Assembly: GCA_043228905.1 (NCBI GenBank)
Contig: JBHGNT010000006.1
Coordinates: 17,484,001-17,548,000, forward strand
DNA from: Azolla caroliniana
Taxonomy: Eukaryota > Plantae > Polypodiophyta
DNA: 64,000 nt
Direction: 5' to 3'
The first letter of the stretch is position 1. Each line of letters begins with the position of its first letter. The notes under the pieces were generated by a model, which worked only from the letters and a program-made list of their open reading frames with translations, did no database searches and had not been told where the DNA came from. The position numbers and the translations under genes are program-made. Positions 61,338 to 64,000 of this stretch are shown piece by piece.

Positions 61338-61850
61338 TGATTTGAACCCTCGACCTCAACTTCGAAACGAGAGGTTCTCCACCCAATGAGCTAGTCTTCT
61401 TTACTTGATTGTATTATTTTTCATCTCTCCCTTGATTTCCTTTGTTTCCCTTGCCCCTCTTTTTATAAGTGTTGTCATGCATATGGTAATGTATGGGAGC
61501 ATGGCATGCATGCAATGCATGAGTTACATGTAATGCATGATCGCCATTTGGCGCACATGTATTGCACGTGATGCATGGTAGCCATCATGCTGACTTGAGC
61601 TCCCATGTATGAAAATAGATATGGGATAAGTATAATGATGAAAATGCATTCTAAAATAACTAACCTAGCTTAGTGGTGTATACTTTGTGTTTGGCATACA
61701 AAGTTGAGAGTTCAAGTCCCTCAATTTTACTTAATACAATATATAGCTTCATTCTTATATCATGAAGCACATTTACACTTTTACAAATAAATAGCCTAGC
61801 CTAGTGGTATGTACATTGTACTTCGTATATAAGGGTGTGGGTTCAAGTCT
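61338..61850. promoter_or_regulatory. Three tRNA-like A-box/B-box modules in the P1 LTR
   Basis: (-) TAGCTCATTGG 61393-61383 / GGTTCAAATCA 61348-61338; (+) TAGCTTAGTGG 61666 / AGTTCAAGTCC 61709; (+) TAGCCTAGTGG 61797 / GGTTCAAGTCT 61840. Confidence 0.7.
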
Positions 61851-61895
61851 CTCAAATATTATTAAATACAACATTGAAGCACAATATTCACGACA

Positions 61896-64000
61896 ACGCA
61901 TTGGCGGAAAACGAGACCTGGGATCTGGTTGACGCACCGAAGGGTGTGAAGCCGATCGGATGTAGGTGGGTGTACAAGGTCGAGTACAACACCGACAACT
62001 CGGTCAACCGATACAAGGCCCGGTTAGTGGCAAAAGGTTACGCCCAGAAACACGGCATCAACTACGATGAGACGTTTGCGTCGGTCGTGAAAATGAGGAC
62101 CGTCTATGTTTTGCTCGCAGTAGCTGCGGTGAAGGGGTGGCACTTACATTAGATGGATGTAAAGAATGCGTTCCTGCAAGGTGACCTTGAGGAACAGGTG
62201 TACATGGTACAACCCCCCGGATTTCACTCTGGAACGAACTGCTCGGCAGTATGCCGACTGAAGAAGTCCCTTTACGGACTAAAGCAAGCCTCGCGTGCCT
62301 GGAACGCGAAGATCACGCAACAGCTGCGTCGGATGAGCTTCGTCATGTCAAAATCGGACTCTTCCCTGTTCATCCGGAAAGGTCCACTTGGACCGGTTAG
62401 TATTTTACTATATGTTGATAACTTGGTCATCACCGGCGCCGACCTAGATGAAATCGACTATGTGAAGCTCCAGCTTGCGGCATCGTTCGACATGAAGGAT
62501 CTGGGGGACCTTCATTACTTCCTCGGGATCGAAGTGATCCGTACCCCCAAAGGCCTATTGATCAGCCAACGTCATTACGTGCTGAGTATGCTCTTCAAAT
62601 TCGGGATGGCCGACTATAAGTCCCTCTCGACTCCTCTGGACAGAACCATCAAGCTTCGTCCCGATACGGGAAAGGTATGCGACCCGACGAGGTTCTGACA
62701 AATTGTCGGAAGCCTCATATACTTGACCATCACCCGACCCGACCTCAGTTATCCGGTCGGAGTGATCAGTCAGTTCATGGCGCGACCTACCGAGGAGCAC
62801 CTCCAGTGTGCGCAACGTATACTTCGGTATGTCAACAACACTAAGGACCGGGGACTGCTATATTGGACCGGTGCAGCCGCGCAGTTAGTCGGCTACACCG
62901 ATGCTGATTGGGCTGGCAATGCCGCCGATCTCGGATCCACGTCCGGATACGCGTTCTCCCTCGGGAGTGCCGCGATCGCGTGGAGCAATAAGAAGCAGCC
63001 GACAGTTGCACTGTCGAGCACCGAACCTGAGTACCGAGGAGCGTCTGTCGCGACATGCGAAGCCATATGGTTGAAGCGGCTACTTAGGGACCTGCAAGAA
63101 GAGGTGTCAGATCCGACGACGATCTACTACGACAACCTCAGCAGCGTCCAGCTCGCGAAAAACCCTGTTTTCCACGCACAGACCAAGCACATTGAGGTGC
63201 ATTACCATTTCGTCCGTGAGCGTGTCCTTTCCGGTGAAGTCGAACTTCAGTACGTTCCGACGGATCGGCAGACTGCCAACATCTTCACCAAGCCTCTTGG
63301 TTTGGACAAGTTGCGACAATTCTCAGGTGCGCTTGGGTTGCGTCACCTCGACGTGCCAAACATGAGGGGGAGAACAGTCCCGAACGACAAAGCAAGGCAG
63401 CAGAAAAGGAGTGGAGACCGCGACACCGAGTCGGTTGACTCGGTTGTTGAGTTTGACTTCGGATTGGCTGAAGAAGCCGAGGGCGGATCCCAGGAAAAGT
63501 CCAGAGGTGGACAGAAGGGGAGCAGCCGAAGGAAAGAGCCGAAGCCAACCACGCATGGGGAAGATGACACCATCGAGGGCGAGAAGACCGAAGACAAGTT
63601 GGAGACAGGCAACTCGAACGAGAGCGAAAACCGATCGGAGGTAGCCGAGTCGGTTCGGATGTTTGATTCAGGTACGCTGAATCAACTGAGGCCCAAGCGG
63701 AAGAAAAGGCAGCAAGAGAAGCGTCAGCACCGCAACAGCAGAAGAGCTGATAAGGGCCACATGAGCAGACAAGCCGACCGGAAGGGTCGAAGCGCGCGGA
63801 GTCGAACAGGTTGTGGAGCGCGAGCGAGGCTTGAAGCCAGGAGGAACCGGAGCTGTGAGCCCAAAGATCCCGAAGAGCCTCAAGTTGAGCTTGAGGGGGA
63901 GTGTTGAGAGACAAGCTCAACATTGGCCGGATCAGCTGAAGAAACCGAGGACCGGATCGGTTGGGACCGATCGGTTAGGCCGAATGCGTAAACCGGTACG
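61896..64000 (+). mobile_element. Copia family A element (A5), 3' half: RT-RH-extension, PPT, start of 3' LTR at 63902
   Basis: ORFs 61896-62152, 62153-62698, 62723-63907; gcttgagggggag then TGTTGAGAGAC. Confidence 0.93.

Larger units (their letters stand above)
55387..61895 (-). mobile_element. Near-complete non-chromovirus Gypsy (Phygy-like, copy P1); 3' LTR lost
   Basis: 5' LTR 60996-61895 (TGTCG..CGACA); tRNA-Trp-like PBS 60974-60991; gag-PR-RT-RH-INT; PPT 55394-55408 followed by only ~7 bp of LTR. Confidence 0.92.

Noticed and set aside
61660-61860. Genuine tRNA genes at the A/B-box modules (also 5670-5741)
   Set aside because: Acceptor and anticodon stems do not pair convincingly and no oligo-T terminator follows directly; reported as promoter-like modules only.
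63361-63907. env-like gene in Copia A
   Set aside because: No signal peptide or transmembrane stretch; it is a hydrophilic in-frame tail.

Overview
This window is eukaryotic, gene-free, densely nested retrotransposon DNA. It is most likely from a non-seed land plant, inferred from the presence of Tcn1-like chromoviruses and Phygy/Selgy-like Gypsy elements. No host gene is evident. I resolve about 17 insertions, seven of them delimited by TG...CA-type LTR ends and matching 5-bp target-site duplications (TSDs). They comprise: five copies of a Copia family 'A' (two nested in their own family); two copies of Copia 'B'; one essentially intact, very young Copia 'C' plus a related solo LTR; a decayed Copia 'D'; a Tcn1-like chromovirus (full copy, solo LTR, fragment); non-chromovirus Gypsy (Phygy-like) copies; a gag-pol-less Tat-like element with a 3x105-bp array; and an RTEX-like LINE. 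Best leads: (1) tRNA-type Pol III A-box/B-box modules at tRNA spacing in the U3 of two unrelated Gypsy LTR families, six instances; (2) a perfect 4-unit heat-shock element next to the TATA box in all three chromovirus LTRs; (3) a -1 frameshift cassette (G GAT TTT plus predicted pseudoknot) between protease and RT in the Phygy-like elements; (4) a shared catalytic Asp->His RT change in both Copia B copies; (5) a ~180-aa Pol tail with an overlapping antisense ORF in Copia A. Family letters are my own labels. Divergence counts were made by eye.
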